From Podarcis melisellensis (taxonomy: Eukaryota), in NCBI GenBank assembly GCA_964234715.1, contig OZ174278.1: a stretch of DNA of 64,000 bases, one strand, 5' to 3'. Position 1 is the first letter of the stretch, and each line of letters starts with the position of its first letter. The position numbers and the translations under genes are program-made. This document shows positions 26,701 to 38,869 of the stretch, one piece after another. Below the pieces are notes generated by a model, which was given only the letters and a program-made list of their open reading frames with translations, had not been told where the DNA came from and ran no database searches.

Positions 26701-26885
26701 GGGGTGTTAGGGGAGGGGTAGTACCTCTGGTGAGGGACACACTGTGCTCCTTCTGAGGTAGTCTGTCCATCTTTGCTCCCCACTCTGAACTCAACTCTCA
26801 CCTGTGGCTCATGGGAACTGTCAGCATGTGACAGTGGCCACACCTTGGGAAACGGCTTCGACTGGCTGATTAAACCAGGGGAGGG
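26701..26885 (+). ncRNA. HDV-like self-cleaving ribozyme fold (degenerate copy; catalytic C replaced by T)
   Basis: Manual folding: P1 26701-26707/26840-26846; P2 26795-26805/26874-26885; P3 26806-26808/26837-26839; L3 starts TC; GG at 26847-26848 (P1.1); P4 26853-26857/26864-26868; J4/2 (T)TAA 26870-26873. Segment order matches the HDV double pseudoknot. Confidence 0.6.
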
Positions 26886-26995
26886 TAGCCAAAGGGTCTC
26901 AAACCCTCAGCGAGTTAGGGATTCCCCTTCATGCAAAGGCAGCAGACTGAGTGGACAGGACCAATAGTGGGTCCAATGGTCAGGAAGGTGGTTTC
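26701..26995 (+). mobile_element. Probable 5' UTR fragment of an RTE-clade non-LTR retrotransposon (or derived non-autonomous element)
   Basis: GC-richer island that begins at G1 of the HDV-like fold. It resembles RTE 5' UTR sequences as I recall them (ctctcacctgtggctc...ggtctcaaaccctc...gggtccaatggtca). No TSD or ORF found; the 3' boundary is approximate. Confidence 0.55.
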
Positions 26996-29900
26996 CACCA
27001 CCCCCAGGCTCAGCCACACATACGAAAGATCTGCGTTGTGGGTGAACCCAAGATGCATTGTTACAAGTCTGTACCAAAGCCTCCAACTTGGAAAGCCCAA
27101 CAACCTAGTTTTAAACACATCCATTTGCTCACTTATCCCCTGGGTAAATTTGAATTTGACACCTTTCCAAATCCTGCCCTTCTGTTTTCCCGTGGGCTAA
27201 TGTTAAGTACTTTAATAATGAGAGAGGTAGCCTGGCCTTCTGCCCTCGACTGCCCAGACAAATGCCTGCCTTCCTGTAATCACAGGGCAACAATCCAACT
27301 CCCTATTCACATTTCCTCCCCTCTTCTAGGTAAATTGTTTTTGCTATAATAAGATGCAAGTTTGTTCAGTTAATTCCCTCTCTTCTCCCTCACCCCCCAT
27401 CCTGCCTTGAGTATACTCAAGACAGTCTATACGGAAACCAAGAAACACTCCTCCTACATCTCCTGGTATCTCCCTTGTTCCCTGAAAGACAAGACATGCC
27501 AGAAACAATTTCCCCTTTTAAAAAAGTCTAGGATTTTGGACAGAATTTTTAAACAACTAAGAACCAATGCCTTCTTTCCTGGTAACAGAAGGGAGCAATA
27601 AATACATTTATTTTGTTTGATTTTCTCTGTAATGATTTGTTTTATTTTTTATTTTATTTTTCGCCAGGAGCAGGTTTCAAGGAGGTTAATTTCACAATTC
27701 AGTGCCATGCCTGGCTCATATTAGAAACCCCCCTATTTACATGGTGTTCCCTTTAAAGTGTTTGTAATTACTCTACAAATATTAGGGTCAGTTGTATACG
27801 GTTTCCAACCAGCCTAAATTGGTAGGCAGTGGCACCAGCCTTGAGGTACCTTGAGGTACCAAGAGACTTTTGAGTACTAGGGATGAGACTGTCCCAAAGT
27901 AATTCAGCCCAGCTTTGTACAGTACTGAGTGTATGGCTCAGTTATGATACTTAGGACATCTTAAAAGATAGATCTTGAGAAAGCCAATTCTGCTGACCCT
28001 TTAGACCTTGCTCGGTCCCAAAAATATGTTCTTTTTGCGGGGGGGGGGGAGTTGCTGTCTAGGGAATTTAGATTTGATACACAAGATCTAAGATTGTGAA
28101 ACTGAATTAATTTTGAATTAGCATCTCTAGCATAGACCAGATTATCAGTGTTTAGCCGAACTGAACTGGTATTAGGTTTTCTTCAGCAAAGCTATACCCA
28201 AGGAATGATGAGTTCTTATGGCTACCTCTATACATCTAATTTTAAGCTGGGAATTGAATCTGGCTGATGAGCCACATACTTATTCCCCTGAACTCCTGTG
28301 GGTCAAGTTTAGACAGGTGGGTAGCATTGTCAGTCACCTGACATCACAATGATATCAGGTGAGCCACTTTACCAAAACTATCAGTTGACTATTCATACTT
28401 ACAAAGCACTGTGTACAGGGAATTGCACATGGCTTTGAAGATGCTGTCACTCAGCTGATCAGTGATCCTGGCAAAGCCCCTTTAGGCCAGATATATCTTT
28501 ATCTGACCCACACCTGGCATCATATATGAATAGTTTATTTTTAATGTGATATGTAAATTGGGCCAATGGCAGGAAGAAGTTTAAATTCGAGATCCACGGA
28601 GCTCCCTGAACATTCCATATGTCATATATGATGTCAGGCCTAGGGCAGATGGACATGGTTTGGTCAAATAACCTAGTGAGACAAACTGGGATGTCTTGAG
28701 GACCAAATTATGTCTGTGGTCTGCAGCTTCTTCACTGCTGTTTTAAATGAACTGAGGAGGAGACTTATAAAAACTGATTGACTTGGTAAATGTTTGTTTT
28801 CATAAAGCTTGAATCCTGTGTCTGTGTCGGTTTATACTGTCCATTTATGACTATGCGATTTTAAAATTGAAGTGGGCAGGGGATGTACAGTATGTTGATT
28901 TTGCTCACTGATGTTTAACCAATTTAATGCTTCTTTAATTTAATAGTTTATGGTATTGTAAATTTTAGTTTCAGGCACTCTATAATTTGCTATCTTCCTT
29001 TATCTGTTCTAAGCTGAAAATCAAACCAGTTTCCCTACTCCTTTACAGGATAAAATTTCAGCTTCAAAAAGAAAATCAGATTAGCAACAAGGGAAGTAGT
29101 TTATAGTAGCTTGACTGGTATATTGAACTCCTTCCGAACCCAGCCGTAATTTCTATTCCTCCTCCTCTGCCTCTAAAAACTTGCCTTTGATGATCAAGAG
29201 ATATTAAATATGAATAAGAGATAGGAGAAGCTTGTCAGTAAAAAGCTACTGATTCTTGTCTCTGAAAGGCAGGCCTGTTCTTAAGAAGTACTCCTTGATT
29301 TGCCACTTAGCTCTCAGTTTCCGTTTGTGATCGATCTTACAAGGACTAAGTATCTATCTTAGACTTGTCAGTGGAGTACAGTATTTTGCATTTAATGCAA
29401 TCCACAGTGCTCTAGATACAGTAGAGTTAACCTTCAAAAACACCAAGTGCCTACACTCTTATCAAGTGTATAGTGGCAAAATGAAAAGAGGAAAAAATTT
29501 AAAGGCTGAGAGAGCCTTTCTAGTTTTGTGGCATGGCCAGACACATACTTACACTGTGTGTGTGGCATTGTTGTTTTTAAGTACCATAGGTCAGTCCCAA
29601 ATATGATGCTCACTTAGGGTAGCTATTATGTCCCACTTTGCTTTACTTTGAAGTCATCCTCTGGTTGAAGGGCTGATCAGTCCAAGTCCACTTTCAAATG
29701 AAAGAACTATAAGGAGGAAGAGCAGAGGCTGCCCATCAGCAGTTAGCTCCTGGACAGCAAACTGAATAGGCACACAGGTCAACTGGGCCAGCCTTGCCAT
29801 TGACAGTGAGAGATGTATTGCACTTCTATTTCTATTACAGGCATTGGGTCAGATTCACCTTACAAACGCTGTCAGCAGAAGGCTTCACAATAGGACTCTG

Positions 29901-30757
29901 CTCCCCTCCCCTGTGCCTCCCTAAATTGCTTTGGGGTGGGTGGTTGGGAGAACAGTAGCGAGAGGAGAGGGGAGCTGATATGCTTGTGCTGATGAAACAT
30001 TTGTAACAGTGTGACGTCAAATTCCACCCACTATTTCTAAGTTTGCATATTATATAAACACATGCAAATTTATGCAAATCTGTGCCCTCTTTTTGGCAAT
30101 ATGTAAGCTTACCCAGCACGCTATTTATTTATTGGAAAACATGTAAGGGACCCTCACGGGCAGGCAATTATTCTCAAGCAATGTTTCAACATCCTACAAC
30201 TACTGAAAGCATGTTTGAAAGGGGATGGATTTGTTATAATTCTGCTCTGGCAGCATACAATCAGATAAATGCCAGATTTAGTTTTCTATTCTAGATGCAA
30301 ATCTTCAGATTAAAAGGAAAATGTCTGGTCAAGATTTGCATTTTAACTAGCTGGCTGTTAAGTCTTTTCTAACACTAGGTACATTGTCTCAGTATCTTCA
30401 ATATCCCCCACAAACATCCCTTGAAAGCGCAGGGAATATTACAGACTCAGATTAAGTTACCTATAATTATTGTTGTATCAGCATGACATATTGAGAGAAT
30501 GCCATTAAAACAGTCAAGTTTAGAAAATAGTATGTTAAAGGATCCAGGAGTACAACAGACGTCAGGTACAATGTAAGGTGGGGGGAGAGAGAGAAGGTCG
30601 GTGGATATTGTTAAAAATAAGAGTCTAGTGGAATAGCTATAGATTATTTCAGATTGAATATTCCCTTTCCCCTTAGCTTCCTACCTATTTATTCTGTCCA
30701 TCTTTTGCATTTTAGGGCTGGCCAGTGTAGCACACTGACCTTTTCTTAAGGTCACTA

Positions 30758-30999
30758 CAGTGGTACCCCGGGTTACAGACATTTCAGGTTACAGACGCTT
30801 CAGGTTACAGACTCTGATAACCCAGAAATAGTACCTCAGGTTAAGAACTTTGCTTCAGGATAAGAACAGAAATCGTGCAGCGGAGGTGCGGCAGCAGCGT
30901 GAGACCCCATTAGTTAAAGTGGTGCTTCAGGTTAAGAACAGTTTCAGGTTAAGAACAGACCTCCAGAACGAATTAAGTTCTTAACCTGAGGTACCACTG
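30758..30999. mobile_element. Tc1/mariner (Tigger/pogo-like) MITE
   Basis: TIRs cagtggtacc.../...ggtaccactg flanked by TA on both sides; internal caggttacag/caggttaaga repeats. Confidence 0.9.
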
Positions 31000-32343
31000 T
31001 ATTGCCACTGCCCAATCTTCCTCCTCAGATATTCAGGTTTGCAGATATAGTGAAGGGAGTCCTACAGCGTCCTTAATATTTCCAAAAACTGGAATGTTCA
31101 GAGTGAACGCTACAGATCTCTAGTTCAAGTATTTCTACTTCTTCAAGCCACTGGGCCAATTCACGGTGCCTGGAAAAGTTTTGCCTATAGTCACAAATCA
31201 TTGTTAAAAGCTATAGGCAAAACGTTCCTAGGTCTCAATGCTTCTCATAAAACAAAATTTAATAAAAATAGATATCCTACAAACAAGAGCTGTACGTAAT
31301 CCACAGAGACTTAAGTCCAACACAGAGAACCTCCAGCGTATGAACAGCAGTGGGCCTGAGGTACTTCCATCATTTCCTGGCATGTAATCTTAACAAAATT
31401 CAGATTGCCACAAACTCTAGAATGCAATGCTGAAGGCTAAATCAAGAGATAGCATTACAGAGATGGTGGCAGACAACGGTGAGGAAGCTGTGAACACAGG
31501 ACCTCAAATACTACATGACCCACCAGGGTCAACAGGAGGTCAGGACTATTGCAAATCTGGAGCTAAGCCACATATTCTGACTGGTTTTATGTCCAGATCA
31601 TCTGCCTGAGGCTAGGACCACCAATGTTCAGTCCCTGCAGAGAGCCATTCCACTGCAGATCATAATCAACAACCCTCAGGTCAAGTGCTTTAAGGAGCTG
31701 CAAAGTCTAGTAAAAACATATGCACAGACCTATGTAATTCAGTTAACATAGTTTAGTTTTAATGTTATTTGGTTTACACAGAGCAACTCAAAATTAAGTT
31801 AAGCACATGAGACCCCAACTCATCACTTGGTAAGAAGAAATGGGGTTTGAAAAGCAAGGGGGCGGGGGGGGGAGAGAAACCAGCATCAGAAACAAAGATG
31901 AACTGTCAAAATACTGTTTTGCACATCTGGCAAGAAATGGAACTTGCTAAAATATCAAGGAAAACTGTGTTTACTTTAAAATAAATAAAAAGCAGGGGGA
32001 GAGAATGCCACACATGCAGCCACCACATTTCAGATCACTCAAAGCACATTCCAAAGAGTAGAAACAGATTTCCACAGTCTAACAAAAATGGGATAAACCT
32101 GTCTTTCACAAACAAGGCTACATTTTAAAGTCTGAGCAGCTATTATACTGTTTATGCTACATTTCTCTCAAGAGACACAACAGCTAAAAAGCCTCGTATG
32201 AGTGACAAGCAATTTGGATACTGTAGTTTACAAAGAAAAGCTTCCATTTCAGTCCAGGAGGAGGAAAACATTCTTAGCCCAAGTATGTCACACAAATTTT
32301 AAAACGTCACATTTTTATCAGCCACCAGAGGAATCCATATATT

Positions 32344-33507
32344 TGACCATAGCATCCTTCTGGACCGTCTAGAGGTGCTGGGAGCTGGGGGCACTGTCAT
32401 ACAGTGGTTCCGCTCCTTCCTCCTGGGCCGTGTCCAGAAAGTGGTGGTGGGGGGTGAGTGTTCAGACCCCTGGGCTCTCACTTGTGGGGTGCCTCAGGGT
32501 TCTGTCCTCTCCCCCATGCTTTTTAATATCTATATGAAGCCGCTGGGAGAGATCATCAGGGGGTTTGGACTGGGTGTTCATCAGTATGCAGATGACACCC
32601 AGCTCTACCTCTCCTTTAAATCAGAACCAGTGAAGGCGGTGAAGGTCCTGTGTGAGTGCCTGGAGGCGGTTGGAGGTTGGATGGCGGCTAACGGATTGAG
32701 GTTGAATCCTGACAAGACAGAAGTACTGTTTTTGGGGGACAGGAGGCGGGCAGGTGTGGAGGATTCCCTGGTCCTGAATGGGGTAACTGTGCCCCTGAAG
32801 GACCAGGTGCGCAGCCTGGGAGTCATTTTGGACTCACAGCTGTCCATGGAGGCGCAGGTTAACTCTGTGTCCAGGGCAGCTGTCTACCAGCTCCACCTGG
32901 TACGCAGGCTAAGACCCTAACCTCCCCGCGGACTGTCTCGCCAGAGTGGTGCATGCTCTAGTTATCTTACACTTGGACTACTGCAACGCGCTCTACGTGG
33001 GGCTACCTTTGAAGGTGACCCGGAAACTGCAATTAATCCAGAATGCGGCAGCTAGACTGGTGACTGGGAGTGGCCGCCGGGACCACATAACACCGGTTCT
33101 AAGAGATCTGCATTGGCTCCCAGTACGTTTCCGAGCACGATTCAAAGTGTTGGTGCTGACCTTTAAAGCCCTAAACGGCCTCGGTCCTGTATACCTGAAG
33201 GAGCGTCTCCACCCCCATCGTTCAGCCCGGACGCTGAGATCCAGCGCCGAGGGCCTTCTGGCGGTTCCCTCATTGCGAGAAGTGAGGCTACAGGGAACCA
33301 GACAGAGGGCCTTCTCGGTAGTGGCGCCCGCCCTGTGGAACGCCCTCCCATCAGATGTCAAAGAGATAAAGAATTACCTGACGTTCAGAAGACATCTTAA
33401 GGCAGCCCTGTTCAGGGAAGTTTTTAATATGTAATGCTGTACTGTTTTTAACACTGATTGGGAGTGGCTGGGGAAACTCAGCCAGATGGGCAGGGTATAA
33501 ATAATAA

Positions 33508-33538
<31 letters not shown>
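32344..33538 (+). mobile_element. 5'-truncated L2-clade LINE: RT C-terminal half, 3' UTR and (TAT)n tail
   Basis: RT motifs GVPQGSVLSP, YADD, LNPDKTE, LGVILD; L2-type C-terminus LDYCNALYVGLP/QNAAARLV/HITPVLRDLHWLPV. One +1 frameshift near 32918; microsatellite tail at about 33500-33538. Confidence 0.92.
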
Positions 33539-33539
<1 letters not shown>

Positions 33540-36500
33540 GGTGCATGAATATAAACCAATCTGCAGACTTGTTTCACACAAACTAACTTCAGGTCGCATC
33601 TGAAAACCATGTGCAGTAGCGCACGGTAGGTCCACATGCCCCCCTCCCCCAATCCCACACTGTCTGTTCTATGTTTTGCTTTAGATGTTAGTCAGATCAG
33701 GGCTTTAGTTAACTCTTAGTTAAAATTTTTAAATTTTACTTTACAAAACATAGAAATTGCAGAGTTCTGTTTTTAAAATCAGATTTGGGTATTTCGTATG
33801 GATGTGGTATACACTTAGCCCCCCTCAATGAACTGAAGACACAGAGAGGCTTTTGCCTTTGCTGAAGCCATCTCTTATTTTCCCGTAGGATTTTGGGTCC
33901 CAAATATGCTAAGAATAAATTGTACTAAGGAAGGAAAACTATTATCTGAGCCACTGCAGGTATATTCGGTCAGTTGCCTCCCAAATGCACCCTTGATAAG
34001 CCAGGGGCCCTGCTCCATGCTCTTCTGCCAACAGGAACATAGCAGGGCCTATAAAAGACAGGGCCTTCTCTGCTGTGGTGCCTAACTTTAATATTAATTT
34101 AATTTGTTACTTTAATATTAATTTATTGATGGGTATGGGTTGTTGTGTATTTCTATTGACCAATGTAAGCTATCTTGATTATTATAGGAAGGCAGGGTAC
34201 AAATGCTGCAAATAGATAATGCCACTGAGCAAATGGGAACAGGTCACTCATTATAATAAAAGAGGAAGGAGGAATAGATTACAAGCAGAAGGACTAGATC
34301 ACACATATTGTTGGCAATTTGCCATCCGAGTCATAATCTAGGAAAGGTCAGCATTTTAAAAAAGGTCAAGCTCTCTTGGAACAGCAATATATATGATAAA
34401 GACTGTACTGCATCAAATGTATGAGAAAAGGCATTTTGTTTTTCAAAGGTCTTATTTTTCATGCAACACTTTTGAATTTGGACACACATTCAAGGCACTG
34501 ATCTCTCAGCCTCGCTCTGCTTGCCTGCACTGTTGCTGCTGCCTCCCTTCTGTTCCCCTTCCTTCTGTACTGCAGCAGCCACACAACCATCCCAGCCTTG
34601 AAAACCATTTGGAGACAATTATAGCTTTGCAGTATATAAATTGCTTAAATAATAAAAACAAATCAACAAACAAACATGATTTTAAGATTGGAGAACACAC
34701 CACAAATGCATCTGCAAGACTACAATCCATTAGATAAATTCTGGACTCTAGACCTAATGGTATGAAAAGTGGAGGTGGGGCTCTTTAGATGGTAATGGAC
34801 ATTATTCCAGACAATCTTACAGGGGCCCTTCTTTAATTCTTGCACTGAAATGTGGCAAGCCAGTCCTGCTGCATCTAGGGGAAACCCCTGTCCAGAGGGG
34901 CCCAGGACTTCTGCCCCAATTCTATCCCTGACAGCAGCAACAGTGAAGGCCCAGTGCTAAACATGACAGCTGTAGGCATGACTCTCCTCTCCTTTTTAGC
35001 CACAAAGGGCTACTAGCTCCTTAAGAGAGTCCCATGTATGCAACTGATGCTCACCTAGCTCTCTGGTGAGCAGCAGCAAGTACGTGGAGAGCACAGGGTG
35101 AATGTGTTGTTTGCCACTCAAGTGCTTGCCCATGGGCAATACCTGCTTGGCCCAATGGAGCAAAAAATTGCAGAGCAGCTTGGCATTCATCAGGCAGCCA
35201 ATAAGCTGCTTTTAAAACACAACAAAACTTAATTTTATGACACAGAAAGATATCCCAAGAGAATGAGTTTTAGTGTTTGTGATGGAAGTCTGGGCTGCTA
35301 ATTTAAGCATTCCTGCCTGACGATAGTGAGTTGTGCAATGCATACGTGTAGTTAGTTCTTCATCCTTTGAACGATATTACTGTATTAGATAGAAGCCCAT
35401 GGCCAAGGAACATGCTCCTAGTCCCATCCCACAGCTGAATTGCACACTTGCTCTCAAAAAGTTTGCCAGTGTGGTGTTAGCGCCAGAAACTCTAAGCCTG
35501 GATGTTTCAATAAGCATCTAGTTACTAAAATAATCACTGCATGCCGATAAATTAAGTGAGCCACAGATCTTTCCTCCTGATCCACTAATTTATTCCTTTT
35601 GCACTGAACCTTTTGCACTGAGCTGCAAGTTGTCCATTCACTATGTGACACTCTTAGACACAAGGCCAGGGTTTCCCTGCTGACTTTGTCCCTTCTTTAT
35701 CAGTTAACTTTTCGTTACCAAGCAAGAGGAAGAAGAAAGATACCTATCTTGAAAAGCATGCCTCAACCAATGAACGGCACAGCAGAAACTAGTTCAGATT
35801 TTCTGGTGCCAGATTAAGTTTTCCCCCAGGCCTTTTAAGGTTGCTGCAGCCTTTTAAATCTGTTTTAGATTTTCGGTTTCATTCTTTGTTCTTTTAGCTT
35901 TGGTTTTAAGGTCTTGATTTTTACCTCCTCCCATACTTTTATAGTACTGCATTGTATGACTAATTTAAGCACAAAGCTTAAGTTTTCATTTATTTTATTT
36001 TAATTCTGTAAATGCCAAGAATGTTTATTATAGGGTGGCTTGTAAATGCCATTTAAAAAAAAACTCCTGGTTGGCAGTGGGGCTTCAGTGCTCTGCATAC
36101 CTCTTTGCACCACATCATTAAAAGAAACCAAAATAAAATTATGTAAACTAATGAAATTTGCAGAATAAGGGAAATTGTACAATAAATGGGCTTTTTTTTG
36201 CACTGTTAATAGAAAACACTGGTTTTTTTGTTTTTGCCTTTCATGTAATGCAGGGCTTTGACAATGAGCCTGTCTGCCATGACACTGGGATCATGACATC
36301 CTTCTCCAGGGGATGAGACCAGGAACTCAGGGTGGAAGCCTCAAATTTACACTTGGAAAAAGAGGAGCCCATTGTGTCAGTACCTCTCCAGCTGCTGGGT
36401 GCTGCATTGCCTTCCTCTGAGAACTCCAGCTCAGAAGCCTTAGAAGAACCACAGCCTTGCCTGCTCTGCCAGAGTCAGTGAAAGATAAAGCACGCAGAGT

Positions 36501-37866
36501 CCATTTAAATGAAGGGGCTGCTCCCACGAAAGACAGAGCTAGCAACTCTGATAAACTGCAGCTCTAAGCCCAAGTCTGGGGATGACTGCTGTTGAATACA
36601 GCCTCCAGCCTGGGCCACACACAGAACTGTCCAAAGTACCACCGAAGCCTTGCCTTTGTATTGCTGAGACCATCGCTCAAAAAGGAATAATAGCATGAAT
36701 TGTTTCAATCTAACACTTGAAGCCCAGATTCAGTGCTTTAATTGGATACCTGGTGCAGCATACTGTACACTATCTAGCCTCATGGCAAAACTGCTTCTCG
36801 ACGGGTTCAGTAAACACATACTCAAAGCAAGTTGACAGAAAAAGAACACAGCAACTCTGATTCACCGTGGTGTTTTCATTCTTACAAACACCTTGTGACA
36901 GATCCCCGCATGTAAAAATGGAGACAGAAAAACTCAGGTTCAGAAGTAGCTACTTGTCCCGGGCATTCAACAAGAACTGAAGCCATTGATCACATGAACT
37001 TTCAAGTCAGCCCTTAGTGCAGAGTATGACACAGTATTGTTGCTGCTACCAACAAATAATTACATTCTGAAAAATCTTCATGAAGGTGACTGCTGACAGC
37101 TCTGAAGCATGTGGATTTGGAAATGCTGTTTCTGTTTCTTCCACCCTTTACAGCCCAGACTTCGAGGCTACTTTGGTCTGTTCTTGAATATCACAGGGCC
37201 AGATCACAGGGCTTTCGGGAACAATGCAAGTTTCTGCTTGTGCTTTCTACAGGCAATGAACACAAGGTGTTCCAAGGAAAAGGGCAGTTTGCCTTTTTAA
37301 AGCATGTTTCCCACACTCAAGTTAAGTTATGTGCAGGAGTGCCCAATCAGGACTGTTGGCTGCTGTCTAGACACAACTTTCCATCAGATAAAAGCTCTAA
37401 CCAAAAACAGCTGTTAGTTTACTCTATTAAAAGAACAGGAATCTGATAATGATCCAAGTCAATTACTTGATTTCCTTCACTCTAATCATGAGGCCGAGGG
37501 GGCTGGATATCCCAGGCCACCATGACAACCAGCATTGTGGCCCATCTTCCATGTCCCCACCTCCCACATCCACTTAAGAGTAGAGAGTTGTGATTAAATG
37601 GTCTGTAAATCGTTCTAAACAAAACAAACGTAATAGCATTTTTTAAAATTTTCTCTTGTCGCCTGGGTGTGAAAAAATATCCTGACTGTGTAGTCTGCAT
37701 ATGATGAACTCTAAGAATTCCAGATAAACCTTCAATCTCTTGCACAACTCCTTGCACCAATTCCCTGCGGCTGCTATTTCCTCAGGACTCCACCTTCACA
37801 TACATTTCAAGCTGCTTCTTGGTACATTGCCAGAAGGAGTTTGGACAAGAGTTTGTGATGGTGTGG

Positions 37867-37981
37867 GTGATATTCAACTAAGCTTTACTAAAAGCAGACT
37901 TGCTGAAATTAATTGACCTAACCTAGCCATGTTCATTCATTTCAGTGGGACCACTCTGAGGAAATTTTAGTTGAATAACAC
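37867..37981. mobile_element. Small MITE-like inverted-repeat element
   Basis: Terminal inverted repeats gtgatattcaactaa / ttagttgaataacac (14/15 match). Confidence 0.55.
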
Positions 37982-38443
37982 TCTGTGGAAGGAATTCAAC
38001 ATTGCCAGAGTGCTTGCTGGATGGAATCATTTCCCCTCTTCTCCCTCCACACATTGTTTTGGGTGTTCTCCTGATGCCTCCAAGTCAATTGGGGGGGGGG
38101 AGTGGAGGGAGCTGGAGCTGGGGGACAGGAAAGCGGGGAAGCCCTGATGCACTAGTAGCCCTGTGTATGCTGCCCTAAAATATTTCTAGCACAGGACTCT
38201 TAGCAACCTTAGCTTGGAATTATTGTTGATTGTGCTGAACATTCCTAAATGGTACTGTGCTCTTTGATCTCATCATTAGCCACTTTCTTCCACTTTCCCA
38301 TCCAAAGATGGCAATGGCAGATGTATATACATCTATCAAAACCCTTTAGAAATTTTCCATCTCGGAGTCTCTAAAGGCAAGCCACTGAGTCACCAACAAT
38401 TTGCATCACAAGTTTTTAAAGTCAGGCTGTACAAGATTCCTAC

Positions 38444-38869
38444 CTTGTGTAGACCATAAAATGCTTACAGGCACAGAAGCCACATCCTTGATCTTTATCC
38501 AGCTGTTATTTCGTTGCCTGCTCCATGAAGAAATTACACAATAATAATCTCCTCTGTCTGCTTCAGAGGTCCACTGGATTCGTAAGCGGAAGGTGTCCAC
38601 AGTTGGTTTAGAGAAAATAATTTCCCCATTCTGGGCCCGGTGTTTGCTTCTGTCCCCAACCACCAGCGTCCAGTCTGCATCCATGGTGGCAAGAAGTTCA
38701 TCTTTCACTACTTCATCACTGCGCATAGGTAATCGGTAGTACCATGAGACAGTGAAACGCACATTTGTTTCAGTGTTCTGTGCCTCTGTGATCCTACATT
38801 CCAATTCTGTGGGATCTTCTGCATACTTAGGTGTTTTAGTCGCATTCAAAAACACATGGTAAGTTGGCT
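38444..38869 (-). CDS. PTGFRN: PTGFRN coding exon (exon 5 equivalent): Ig domain 4
   Basis: EPTYHVFLNATKTPKYAEDPTELECRI...NVRFTVSWYYR...ELLATMDADWTL...DRGDYYCVISSWSRQRNNSW. Acceptor ccgcag|, donor AAG|gtagga; 426 nt. Confidence 0.95.

Noticed and set aside
27841-27860. Micro-duplications (ttgaggtacc x2; also actatagcattaa x2 near 51005)
   Set aside because: Ordinary slippage events with no further structure.
30758-30999. CRISPR-like short repeats (caggttacagac)
   Set aside because: Internal subterminal repeats of a TA-flanked MITE in a vertebrate genome; no regular spacers and no cas genes.
32993-33361. Antisense ORFs over the L2 element
   Set aside because: By-product of GC-rich RT coding sequence on the opposite strand.
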